A stretch of 52,036 nt of DNA, the filler included, from Catajapyx aquilonaris (lineage: Eukaryota), in the NCBI GenBank assembly GCA_000934665.2. It is 3 parts of 3 records of this genome, joined end to end, with 100 filler letters (N's around TTAATTAATTAA, not from the genome) between each part and the next. Parts side by side here need not be neighbours in the genome. Positions count along the whole stretch, not along the records: positions 34,790 to 52,036 come from JYFJ02006993.1; 2 more parts are not named here. One strand, 5' to 3'. Below the pieces are notes generated by a model. The model was given only the letters and a program-made list of their open reading frames with translations. It was not told where the DNA came from and ran no database searches. This document shows, in pieces, positions 39,190 to 51,296 of this stretch. Position numbers and translations under genes: made by a program. Within the stretch, counting starts at the first letter, position 1. Each line of letters begins with the position of its first letter.

Positions 39190-39683
39190 TATTAGGTGCT
39201 GCAACAAAATACGAGCAACTTTTTGCAAATCAGCATTATTTCGTAATGAGAAAAATATATTGTGAATTCTTACAAAGAGCTTTCTTGGCTTGACCCGGAA
39301 CTCCGAAATGCATACGACGAGCTATGACGAAATTTTTGTTTAAACTACAGAATCTCGACTTTCACATGCAGTAAACCACACTGGAACATCCCAGACCTAT
39401 TTCGCAGAAAAACGGCACGCGACAAACACGTGTCCACAAATCTCAAACTATTGCGCTAGTCAACACATGGCAGTATAATAATATGGTTTGATCATCAGGC
39501 AAGTGTTCGTTTACTTTACCAATATCAGGCCATTAAAAATACAGCGTTATTATATTATAGCTGATAAAATATTTCGTGATGTGTATATCACTGTATTACT
39601 GTATTTTTCATTGCATAAATATATTTTCATTGTGTTATGGTAGTCAGGATAAGTAGACAGATTGTGCAAATCGAGAAGTAGCC

Positions 39684-39801
39684 TACTATCGGTCTCAATT
39701 AGTTTCGGTCACTTTATCCTGGTCTTGAAGCAACCCTTCGCACTGTGAGGAGGTGTGTGTGAAGGGTTACTTCAAGACCAGGATAATTGAGACCGATAGT
39801 A
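39684..39801. mobile_element. Hairpin MITE family X, copy 1
   Basis: Core TTATCCTGGTCTTGAAGCAACCCTTC..GAAGGGTT(A/G)CTTCAAGACCAGGATAA with TA flanks. Further copies at 41345 and 48893. Confidence 0.82.
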
Positions 39802-41344
39802 TATACAGGTCCTGCAATCTCTATGGCCTACGAGTGCATTAAAGCTGCAGAGCAGCATCCACCCACAATCTACATTTTAATAAAAGACCAGTCCTGTACT
39901 GTAAATGACTTTTTTTTTACAACCCAGTAGGTATGAAAGTGCTACATTTGCCATCAAAATATTTTCTCCTTGACCCATACTTGCTATACCTTGTGGGTGT
40001 GGCGAAAGAATGCGTTAAAATTTACGCAAATCCATCTATTACGATTCAGTGCTACTTCTGCCGTGTCAGCAGAGCTTATGCTGCTTTTGAAGAATTAAAA
40101 TGTAATCAATCAGTCAACTAACCAACCAAACAATAAATAATCCACTCAATTGTCTTTACCAATATTAAAATGTTTGTCCAAGAATCAAGAGGTACGTACA
40201 GTACCTCCACTATCGGAAGTCAAACAATAAAAACTATTAAATTCAGCAATACTATTAGCTATATGTAAAGATAACTATGCATAAACATCGGAACATAACC
40301 AAACTTAAATAAACTGTACACTTGACCCATTAGAATTTTGATCTCATCATACATTACGAATACTCTCACGTCACAATTTTCAAACTACAGTGCACCATCT
40401 TGTATGTTCCAGTTGAAATGTCTGGCGTAGTTAGTTAAGTTGAACAATTTAGCTTTCATTCCAGAGATAATTGCATGTTAAGTTTTAAATAGCAATGCGA
40501 ACTGCTGATCAGAGCTCATCCTGTGCTCCAAGAAACCCGCCAAACATGCCTGATCCATGGGTCATCGGGCCTCCATGACGAGCATGATATTGCAATCCAT
40601 ACATGCGATTATCTCCGCAATGAAGATAAAAAATCAACTAGCGCACCGTAATTTCTTCTAAAAATGCGCAAGAATCTTATAAATCTGAGAGGAAGTGCGC
40701 ACCTTTCGCACCATGCATATTTGATATCCTCGAAAAATATCTTTTCTATATTAACTGATTAAACAGTTTAATGTGAAAAGATCGCAGTCATAACGCTTTA
40801 GATTGTTACACTGGTCCACTGGCTATAAGATGACCTTAAAACATGAAGATTTTCTTATTCAGATGACGTACGACAGAGTCATTGGATTCTATTGTCAAGG
40901 TCCTCATTGTTATATGACACGACTGGGAAATCACAATATTGTAATCATAACGAAGTATGTCTGATTGGAATGTCACTTTAGAGTTTCTAGTGTCGGTTGC
41001 AATAATTTTATTCCGACGGGAATACAGCCAAATATTTCCGTCCTGAGGGGAACGTGAGATGATAATGGTCAAAAGTCAAGAAAGTGACAGTTCGGCCTCA
41101 AGATGCAAATGGGTCCAGTTCCGGAATTAAAATAAATGCGTGTTATGCATATAGTTTAGGCCCAGTTTCTCCAACCTTTTTTTTCTGGCAGGTAAGAGCT
41201 AACTGTAGTTTAAATTAATTAACTTGAAGTAGCACTTAAACTACTGCTAGCTATTAACCGTCAGTTAAAAAGTTAAAACTAAGTCCAAGACTAAGGCTTA
41301 GTAGACCTACCATGTTACATCTGTTTACATTGGCACGTAACATG

Positions 41345-41482
41345 TATCTGTCTCAATAAGTTCCGGCAACTTTATCCTGGTCTTGAAGCAACCCTTCGCA
41401 CATGCCCCACGGTGAGCAGGTGTGTGTGAAGGGTTGCTTCAAGTCCAGGATAAAGTGGCCGGAACTTATTGTACCCGGAATA
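41345..41482. mobile_element. Hairpin MITE family X, copy 2
   Basis: Same palindromic core as 39684-39801. Confidence 0.82.
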
Positions 41483-42789
41483 AACACACCAACCAATAGA
41501 AGAAGAAAAATTTAGCATCCTCAGTGAAATTCCTTCCCTGCTTCAAATGTTTCTTCGCCACAAGGGTCGGGGTAGCAGGCGTGGAGTTAGAAAAGCCTTT
41601 TCTTTCAGTTTCTAAATTTGAGATCACGATCTGGAGTCTTCTTTTCGGTCTACTAACAGAGCAGCATAAACTGGAAGTATTACGCCGTCGTGTCAACGTG
41701 AATTGTGATATGAGGTCAACTTTTGCAAGGATACCGCGGTACAGCCCGCCCCCCCCCCCTGCCCTCCCCCAAACACACAATACATTTTGTGCATTTCCTT
41801 TCAACGACTTTCTCGCAGATATTCAAATGATACTGTATATAACTGCATATAACAGAGTGACCAACTTTCAGATACATACATTTCAAAATCTTAATGATCA
41901 TGTTGGAACTATATTTTTACAGTTACTTATCCAGACGTGTGCACTTTCACGTAGCTGAATTGCAACGGTGTTTTCAATTTCGGTTAGAAAACCTTTCTTC
42001 AAATTTGATTTCTACGTAATCCGACAGTAGGCATATGCACTTGTGAGTCAGCATGCTTGTAGGATTTAACATTGCCATATTTTTTATATATATAATAAAG
42101 CAGCTTGACCAACATTGCCATTTAAATAATGAGATGCTGGACTTTCTACCAAACTCGTTTCTTTCCTAAACTTATTTCCCGCTTATTTAAGGTCAGTGAA
42201 GCATTTGATCCTCATAACCAGCAGAAAGTGAGAGTCTTCCTGCTGTAATTTAAGAACACGAACAACAGCATTCTAACGAGCGTAATCCCACTTCGCATCT
42301 CTGAAACACTAATGAAGTTTGTAATCGTTTTGTTCCTCGTACACATGGTGGGAACTAGTTCTTTTTTTTATCAGTCTTACCAACTCGCGCAAACTGTTGG
42401 CTTAGACCACTCTACATTGGTACCTGGGAATCGACACTTAACAGTTCATATGTACACATATTTAATATAATGTTTATTTATTTAATTGTGTAAGTAGCAA
42501 TATTGCTCACCAGAGAATGCCCAAGTGGGTTCAATATCCTGTACAGAATGCATCGTCCCATAGCATATTTGAAGTGTCGGGCTAAATGGCCATGAGGCAA
42601 GGCCAAGGCTCGTCCTTGAGCTTGAGACAAAGAGACTTGAAAGGTGGAATGAAGAAAGGTGCTTCTTGATGCCGTTATTTTGACAGCCACCGACTTGAGC
42701 CAAGTCCGCGTGGATAAATACAAAAATGGACTACTGACCTCCTCAAATCAAGGTTACCGGTACCCGTGACTCGTTGCGGATCTCCACGT

Positions 42790-44040
42790 GCTGCATACAC
42801 CTTATTTTAATCTAGCACAACCAGACGCCCAAAAAAACAGTCAACTTTCTTCCTGCAAGTACGCAGTAGCCTATAAACGACTGCTCACTTCACCCTCAGG
42901 TATACATGCCTTTGAAGATTACCGGATTTGTACCCTTCCTATTTTTAAAACCACAGACGCCCGATTGTCGCCATGTCGCCCCATAGAAAATTCCTGCCCA
43001 CCCAGGGTCAAGGGTCATACTGAAAATGTGAGCTGGACAACGCGCAAAGAACAGGTAAAAAAAACGTAGGTATCCGGGAAGTTGACCTCATTTTTAAGTT
43101 CGAGTTTGATACAGTGGGGGCCTCCTAACATCCAAACGCACAAAATCTTATCCTTGGAACTACGACTTCCGTTACCACCTGTAATGGTACAGTTATGCGG
43201 GCGCAGAAAGGAACTCCACGGCCCTACCCAGCCGTTTTCCTCGACGGCTGATAACCTCTATCTACGGTTTCTTACTGCCTCTCACCACAAAGATAATCAT
43301 GTGGCATCCAACCGCTGGTGCTTTTGATCGGGATTGCCACGCGTGGGTGGATGACCAGAAGCAAGTCGATGAAGAAGTTCATAAGATATCCAGTAATAGG
43401 TCGCAAAAACCTGCTAAGCTACTACTGTATAGCACATTACATATACCAAAGAAGAGCCTTCCTAGCTCAAAAACTTCTGAGCATACTTTAGGTAGGTCAA
43501 TGCAGTACTAAAGCCCTTCAAACAGGATCATCCTCATGACTGACAACCGGATTCCTTTACGTCAACCTGGTGGCAATTTTGCAAACTGACTACGAAATGG
43601 TGAAATGTTCCACACGGAATCTTCTACTCGTCTTGCGGATCGAAAAAGGGTTGATTCACGCTATGCCTAGCCTAGGAAGTCGCATCGCAAAAGAAATTAA
43701 GGTCAGTGTATGGAGTGGCCAGCTGATAAACCATCCAGGAACGAGTTTTGGTAGAAAGCATTTCTCCCTTCATTACACCTACCTAAAAGTAGGCAAGTAA
43801 AAACAATCAGATTTCACCTTCCTGCTTGGACCCTGGCAGATTCTAGTCATCTTCATTGGGGTGTCACTATACGCAATAGGAGCTATCGTGCCCTTAAATA
43901 TTTACATGACGGTACATGAGGTCAAAGGCTTTGTCCTTCCTACGGTATATGCAACATTTGGCACGCAGTATTGAGAAGAACGCGACACATGCAAATGCGT
44001 GAGACAAACCCTTTTCCGCATCGGGAGGTCATAATAGCTG
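42790..44040 (+). mobile_element. Highly decayed LINE RT fossil
   Basis: Collinear remnants LPIFKT....CRPI, GAFDRDCH...SNRSQK and YTYLKV resemble the RT motifs PIxK..RPI, AFDxVxH..NRxQ and KYLG. Boundaries are approximate. Confidence 0.45.
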
Positions 44041-44413
44041 CATTTCCTGGTGGGAAAATAGCATCAATATTCACTTATTAGTACTGGTTGTATCAACTCA
44101 AATTAATGGAATAACTGCGATTAAGTATTGTGAATATCCCTAATTGCATCTGCAATAATTATCCGGGTGAGTCCATTTGATTTATAGTACTTGTAATCTG
44201 GCAATCAAATGCAAATACCTGAAGCATGAGGTAATTCGCAATGCAATTAAGTGAATTCAACATATATAGGAGATTTTCCCTTAATTTTCGTTTATACAAC
44301 CAGGTCGCGCGCGCATTCAAACACCTCGTTTAGGAGAATCTCTTAAGACATTAACCCCTTTATACCCTCCAATTAACACCTGCGTTATGAGAAGGTGAAG
44401 GGTTCACAGGAAT

Positions 44414-44488
44414 TGCTCCTACCAGGAATCGAACCTGGGGCCCACCCCTCAGACTGAGGTGTGCGCTCTACCACTGAGCTATAGGGGC
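44414..44488 (-). pseudogene. tRNA-like sequence (pseudo-tRNA or element-borne)
   Basis: GCCCCTA TA GCTC AGTGGTA GAGC G CACAC [CTCAGTCTGAG] GGGTG GGCC CCAGG TTCGATT CCTGG TAGGAGC A. Good D and T arms, but an abnormal 11-nt anticodon loop and stem mismatches. Confidence 0.6.
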
Positions 44489-46615
44489 CAATGCAAGATT
44501 TCTCTCAGGGTGAAGGGAAAATAGGGGCAGAAGGAACGCAGGTAGACACGAACGACATCAATGCAATTATCTCAAATGCTTAAGGGTATTCCTTCTTCTC
44601 CGTCCCACATTTTATAAATAACATCGTGTGCCCAAATGAAGCTCCAGATGAGGAATAGTTGACTTACATCATTGTTGTAGTTGGATTATTCGTGTTCAAC
44701 TTTCATGGGTCACTTTCTTCTCGCTAAAAATTGCAGGGGAGCGATCGGAGATTAGAAAGCTGGCAGGGTGAAACTGGTTGTAAGTAGTAGGATGTGCGAC
44801 CGGCTACATGTTCGCGAGTAGTAAACAACAGTTACCGCGACCAATTTTGGCGGGAAACTTGGCCGTGTTTTTTTCTACTTCTTCCTGTCGACAGAGTAGC
44901 GAAGGGAAGCAGCAATTTATGCCAAACAATAGAATGTTTACGTCGGTCACATTGTAGGTACACTATGTTGCAGCAATTTGAAATAGGCTAATTATCAATG
45001 AGCAATGATACTGTGTAGATGTTGATTTTAAATTATTTTTGCCTCAATAATACAAACTCATATCATTCTTATCGCGAATAAGCATATCTACAGTACCGGT
45101 ATGTCGAACACCGCATTAACAGAAATTAATTGTAAATATAGACGATGGCAATAATTCTCACTGGATAGAAATATCAAACGTATAGCGCAAGTGATGCAAA
45201 AGAGAACAAACAATACGTCACGGTAAGTCCCCTAAGTATCGATCAAGTATGACGCAAAAAATATTGAAATTGGCATATTTATGCAGCAGAATTCACAGCA
45301 CACAGTTATATTTGCCTTCGTCCCAATAGTAACCAGAGAATACAACACTGAACACTTGTTCACTGGATTTTAAATCAGCTCGATGGGCATCACTTTCACG
45401 TGCACATAAATATTTAAAATGCATTGCCATGTAGTCGAATACCAGGTGATTACTTACTATTTATCGACTAGCATATCACCATTTACATCGCTTACTAAAT
45501 TGATTGCGTGTCCACTTGAACTGAATAAGTTTTTGTTGTTGTTGATAGGAGCCGTTTTTCTTTGCTTATGATAAACACATATCTTTCTTTATTAATACTA
45601 TATTGCTTACTCGCGATTATCTGGTCAGATTTTTGTGTATTACATCAGAGTATAGATAAAACGCTCGACTGCTATTGAATAGTTCTAAAGTTAATTACAC
45701 TCACTTTCCTTGATATTATCTTACAGCACATACGGACATACAAAGCATGATGCAATAAATACATGAATGCCCTTTATGAATACCAACGTACTGTTCGGTA
45801 CTGACGAAAGTCTGATGTAATATGCCAAATGTTTACAAAAATTCCATGTCGATATATTCCCTATGTAAACAAGACTAGTGTCAGAAGCAAGACGTCAAAA
45901 GTTAGGTTCACAACTGCATTAGAAACTGGAATCAATATATTGCTCTGCTAAAAATGTTACATTTACACGTAGAATTCTCACCACTACAATATTGTACCCA
46001 TTTAAAAATCCCAAGCATACTCTAACATAATTATTCGGATAAAATAGGTCGTGCAATATCCCCTTGAATCCCAAGTATGCAAATCTGGTAAATATGTAGT
46101 ATTACAGCCTTAAAAATTATTTACGTACACAATATACCCTTTCCTATACCCTCCTATAGCCATATCCAGGACAATGAGTTCGATTAGCCATCTGCACCAT
46201 CTTCCACATTCGCGCTAGTTTTTTCGGACACCCGAACTTCCTTCCGCAGCTGACCATGTATTTGTTGGTTCCGTACACAACAAGATATACCATTATTCGT
46301 CCATCGAGTAAATGGCAAGCGTGACAGAACGGGAGCAACACTAAAATCCTGCTAGTTTTGCCCGCATTTCACTGTACGCATTCTATGCACATGCGAACTA
46401 TTTGCCATGCCAGTGTGGAACACAGTTTCTTACAATGTGGCGTGAATCTCAGGAATGTAAAAAATGCGTCGAATACATATTAAATTGCGAGGTATTGTTC
46501 TAGCTAGTGCGACATAATACCATGGGACATTATTGCTACTCTCAAAACCTCCTGATTGCTCATTTGCGGATATAACTTACTGACCTTAGGGTAAGAAAAT
46601 GATCCCATTACTCAC

Positions 46616-46786
46616 TTGGAAAGGTGACCGTGTATGCAAAACATCCGAGTGCGCTTCCTTCCTGAGGTCCCTCTGCGCCGTGACACAATAAGGACGTCGG
46701 CATGCAAGGAGGGTGCTGGGTCGGAGGGCAAGTCGGAGGCAGCGAGCCAGAGACCAACCTCTTCCGCCACCTCCTCCTCCAGCCAT
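46616..46786 (-). CDS. Candidate alternative first coding exon (mitochondrial transit-like peptide), probably of the PDSS1-like gene
   Basis: ATG to CAA|GTGAGT, 57 codons, phase 0. MAGGGGGGRGWSLARCLRLALRPSTLLACRRPY... is Arg/Leu-rich and lies in a GC-rich island. Phase is compatible with exon 38077. Confidence 0.45.
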
Positions 46787-47945
46787 GACTCTGACCACTG
46801 GACTGGGCGGCGCTCTGCAGACTACTGACACACTCCCAAGATTCATGAGTGCCCCCACACTGATAAGGAGCACTCGAGCAGAACGGTACAGGTAGAGGAC
46901 AGCACAAGGCAACAAGGCACGTGGTTCCGCACAAGACCCATCGCATCCCATCCTAGACGTGCCTTTATTAATATCCGCAATAATGCACTTTTATGATAGC
47001 ATGTTATATTCCCGCCAAGTTTTCCGGTCAATTTTGGGAGCGCTTTGAAATGTCGTAAATTCTCTCACAAAAATGGCTTGTCGACTTTTTAGAATGTTAT
47101 TGGACCAAGTATTAAACAATATTGATAAGCCAACAATCAGACTGTTTGTCATAAATACAGTAAGCTTCTAGAACTCAAACATACAACTCTACAAAGGTGC
47201 CAGAAAAAAACTTTGAGCTATGGAAAATATTCGAGTTTGAGAAGATTGAAAAATATCGCAATACAAAACTATAGTCACACTATTATTTTAACGGCGAATA
47301 TACAAAAACCCGGCCCCTGTATTGTTACATCACTTAATATTCGGCAAAAAGTAAAGTCTGATTCCTGTCACATGTATGGTGATTTTAGCTCTGAATTAAC
47401 GGTACAAAAACATATCACTTCGCACTCCCACTCGAGATTCAATATACATGTTTACACGTAGTTTCCGTGGAGATGGATTCAAACAAAAATAGTACAAATA
47501 CACGTGTCTTGGGGTATTGTTGTGGGATATTGTGAGGGGAGCAGTGCGAGTCAGGCTCATTTCCGGAAGCCGAAACATGCGACTTAAATTCCTCGTAAAA
47601 AGTAACCCCTGACAGTGTGCTAGTGCAGGGGCATTTGCTTGGATTTCTATAGCGAAACAACAAACTCACAAACTTCTTAGTAGCAGACCCGTTGCCATTG
47701 GCAACACTGCCTGGCCCACCCCTCCACTTGGATGGATATAGTACGATTAACGATAGGCCACTACCAATTGGCGCGTATAGGCTCCCTCTATGCACACTAT
47801 TCCGGCTCTCAGGGGGAAAGTAGTAGCCTAATCCATGCACGATGGTGATGAGTAATATTTGAACAAAACCTACAAGAAAACTGCAAGCGTCATAGCATGC
47901 AGTTGCAAGTCGGTATGTATAAAGTTACTATGCAGTGCAGTGGTT

Positions 47946-48282
47946 GGGGAGGCGAAGTGGTGCTGCGGTAACGTATGCGCCCACGGATGTTAAGGTCCCG
48001 GGATCAAATCCCTCCCGGGGACACCCCCTTCATCTCGTGCAGACTTCAGGGTCGCCTCTGGCTTCGTCTCGGGTGGTATTTCCAATAGACTAACCACCCG
48101 GGGGAGTTCACTAAAAATGGCCACATTAGGACATTGCACTGCACCTTGCACATCCCCTCCTGTCGTCCTGCCCGTGGGCCCGGGCGTTTCAAATGAATGG
48201 GCTCCAAATGTACCATCACCAAATAATAAAGGTCCGTGCATGCGATATGCCCCCAGGTGGGGACGAAAGCACATTACCCCAG

Positions 48283-48379
<97 letters not shown>

Positions 48380-48380
48380 A
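47946..48380 (+). mobile_element. tRNA-derived SINE, family 2, copy B, with (TTA)n(TTG)n tail
   Basis: Homologous to 34017-34405. Flanking CAGTGGTT duplication. Confidence 0.88.
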
Positions 48381-48689
48381 CTATCCAGTGGTTCAAATGA
48401 AACACACATAAAGTGAGGCAATGTCTCAGTGGTACATCTGAGTAGGCACATGTATGGCTAATCATCATGCAAAGTGATTAGTGGTTAGTATGCAGATAGT
48501 GGGCAAGAGAGCACTTTGTGCAAGACCCAGGTTATGGATTTGTGCAAGGGAGCACAATGCGGGATGTGTGCGCATGAAGGACCTTCTTTGATGGGTGTTG
48601 TCCTCATGCTGGAGAACATTGCCTTGGTGAACAGACTGGGTGCAGGAAGACCATCAAGGCAATGTTTTCTGAATGTGCCTACATACTAA

Positions 48690-48885
48690 GGGCCGGTTTC
48701 ACCGAGCTCGGTATATGATAAAACCAGGTTTCTTTCAAAAAATCCCTACATATTTGTATGTATTGTCCAAACGAAACCTGGTTTTATCATTCTTTTTCTT
48801 TTTTTCTGAAAATCCATACAAAATTGTATGGATTTTTAGAAAGACACGTGGTTTTATCATATACCAAGCTCGGTGAAACTGGCCC
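48690..48885. mobile_element. PIF/Harbinger (Tourist-like) MITE
   Basis: TAA|GGGCCGGTTTCACCGAGCT ... AGCTCGGTGAAACTGGCCC|TTA. Confidence 0.82.
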
Positions 48886-48892
48886 TTAGAGA

Positions 48893-49038
48893 TACTATGG
48901 GGCTCAAAATGTTTTGGCCACTTTATCCTGGTCGTGAAGCAACCCTTCACGCACACACACTTCATTACCGTGGGGCCTGTACGAAGGGTTGCTTCAAGAC
49001 CAGGATAAAGTGGCCAAAACAATTTGAGCCCCATAGTA
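48893..49038. mobile_element. Hairpin MITE family X, copy 3
   Basis: TACTATGGGGCTCAAA...TTTGAGCCCCATAGTA surrounding the family core. Confidence 0.82.
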
Positions 49039-49195
49039 CACCCAGCTGAGAAAAATAGCACTGCAGAAGTGCAGAGCGGATATTGCACCAATTTTTGTTT
49101 CATTTGAACCACCCATATGAAGGTGTCAGTGCAATACTCCCCTAACCCCCCAAACCTGATTTTGAGAAAACTGCAGTTGAAAGTTTGAGAGTCCA

Positions 49196-49663
49196 TACCC
49201 AAATCCCTTGGTTTACGCGCACCCCCCAGTCCCAGTTCGCGAGTTTTTGCGGCGTAACTCGTATGAAAACTATGGGTCAGTGATCATTTCTGCGTAAAAA
49301 ACGTGCGTTAACATATCAGGAAGGAAATGCATGTGCCAATGGTTTTATTGGGTCCATACACAAGGGTCACAATGGGTTCATATGATAGGGCACCCAATAC
49401 ACAGGGGAAGAAATATAACTCGCATCCTGCATATGGCCGAAAAGTCACCATTTGGTCGGCCCTCCTCGAGCAGCACACACGTCCCTCACACGCAGGGGCA
49501 TGGTTTCCACCAGTTCTCTGCACTTCTCAGCAGGAATTTTGCACCACTCTTCCTCCAAGGCCCTCGTCAGCTGCTCCTTGTTCCTGGGCTTGCGCCACCT
49601 GACCCATTTTCTTCAAAACCTTCCACAAATCCTCAATAGGGTCGTAAACCAAGGGATTTGGGT
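49196..49663 (-). mobile_element. Tc1 transposase C-terminal fragment between inverted repeats
   Basis: Minus strand reads DPIEDLWKVLKK/..KPRNKEQLTRALEEEWCKIPAEKCRELVETMPLRVRDVCAARGGPTKW* (Tc1 NPIE.LW, EEW, MP.R, GG.TKY motifs). Inverted repeat TACCCAAATCCCTTGGTTTACG at both ends. Confidence 0.82.
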
Positions 49664-50314
49664 AAGGTACATCTCATATAATTATGTATCATTTGACTTA
49701 TTTAATTTGATTTCTCAGTGACCGATGGCAGAAACTGCACAATTTCAATGTATTTTATTAGATACATGACTGTAGTATATGGAAGTGTGCTTAACTCAAT
49801 TTGTGTCATTTGGTGGGTTAGGGCGCGGTATTGCACAGACTCCTTCATATACGTATTTAGGAAGGATTGCACAATCATCTTGTTCATTGTCCATTCCTTG
49901 TATCTCAGAAAGGACCTATTCAGTGACTGGTATCACCATATTATTGTACTTTTAAAATTTCTCTTTTCTTGTCATGTCTTCATCTAATACGAGTATACAC
50001 AATATTCCAATAACAGATGAAACAAAATTATATGTGACAATAATAATTATGTTGACACATCTCGTTTCCTTTTACATGGCATTAAGTGGTACACGGTCCA
50101 TGTTCTCAAGTCACAAGGTAGGTGAAGCTGCCGTGAATTATTGTTTACCCCACCAACAATGGGAAGGCTCAATGGTAACACTCACACCCACAAATAAAAA
50201 GGTCCCAGGTTCAGGTTACCTTTCACATCTCATGAGAAATGTATAACATCTCTCTGGCTTTGTGTTAGCCAGGATTTCTGGTTAACTAATAATAATCAAG
50301 AGGAGCCCATTTAA

Positions 50315-50467
50315 CCCTGTAATGCCCCTTGGGTCATATCTGGCACACCATTTAGTGCTATTTTTATATTTCCTGTAAGTGCCAAATGTGGCCACTGGCT
50401 CACCATGTCCCATATGTGGCACACTGGGCAGTAATTCACAGAATTTGACCACTTGGGCATTACAGGG
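50315..50467. mobile_element. piggyBac-like MITE
   Basis: TTAA|CCCTGTAATGCCC ... GGGCATTACAGGG|TTAA. Confidence 0.82.
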
Positions 50468-50809
50468 TTAATAGGCCTGACATTGAACTTGCACCCACAG
50501 CTCTGCAGTGCTATGGGGAAGACTCCAACTAGTCCAACATGTAATGCAAACAATCATATTAGACCTACAAACTGTAATAGATAGAGGTCCATGCAAAATG
50601 CCTTGCAGGGGTGGTTTATTATACAGTATTATACAGTAGACAGTACATTTTCTCCAGAAGCAGCACCATGTAGGAAGCAATGATCAGGGCCACATTAATT
50701 TGTTTGGATTATTGCATTGTTATAAATGTTGGTTACTGGATATAATTTCTTCATTTGAACTGAGGTTTTTTGTGTGGTGCACCAACCTGGATTGCATCAT
50801 ATGGTTTAG

Positions 50810-51296
50810 GTGGCAAATGCAGGTGGAGCTGACGAGTCCCTCCAAGAGGCTGCCTTTCAGTATGGCCGCAACATTGGAATAGCTTTCCAACTAGTGGATG
50901 ACCTCTTAGATTTCATTTCCTCCACTCAAACATTGGGAAAGCACGCAGCTGCAGATCTGAGGAGCAACTGCACCAGTACTCTTTGCTTCCATGGAGGTAC
51001 TGTACCATACTCCCAGGTATCTTGATACAGTATGTATTTGCACTGGTCTTGTCACATGTCTCTCCTTGCAGTACCCACATCTGAAAGAAATGATTGATCG
51101 CAGATTCCAAGCACCAGGAGATGTAGAGTATGCCTTTAATTGTGTCTTCAAGTCCGACAGCCTGAAACAGATTCGATACCTTGCACAGGAGCACTGCCTC
51201 CATGCAGTGAAATATGCGAACCTCTTTATAACGGAGACGCCTTTTCAGAAGGGTCTTGTTGTGCTGACAGACACAGTGTTGAATAGGATGAAATGA
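50810..51296 (+). pseudogene. PDSS1: PDSS1-like trans-prenyltransferase, last two exons, frameshifted
   Basis: Exon 50810-50996 has YGRNIGIAFQLVDDLLDF (SARM), GKHAAADLR, then a frameshift into ATAPVLFA; its 187 nt lack the usual LGL. Exon 51072-51296 reads YPHLKEMIDRRF..GDVE..LNRMK*. No upstream exons recognised. Confidence 0.85.

Noticed and set aside
41466..41958. Overlapping ORFs, with a faint DnaJ-like YPD..EETF pattern on the minus strand
   Set aside because: Requires frameshifts, lacks HPD, and has no splice support.
47990..48468. ORFs with poly-N, L, Y, C and I runs (also 34305-34493)
   Set aside because: Translations of (TTA)n/(TTG)n SINE tails.
49500..49661. Plus-strand ATG..GTAAGG exon as first exon of the downstream PDSS fragment
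   Set aside because: The opposite strand clearly encodes a Tc1 transposase C-terminus.
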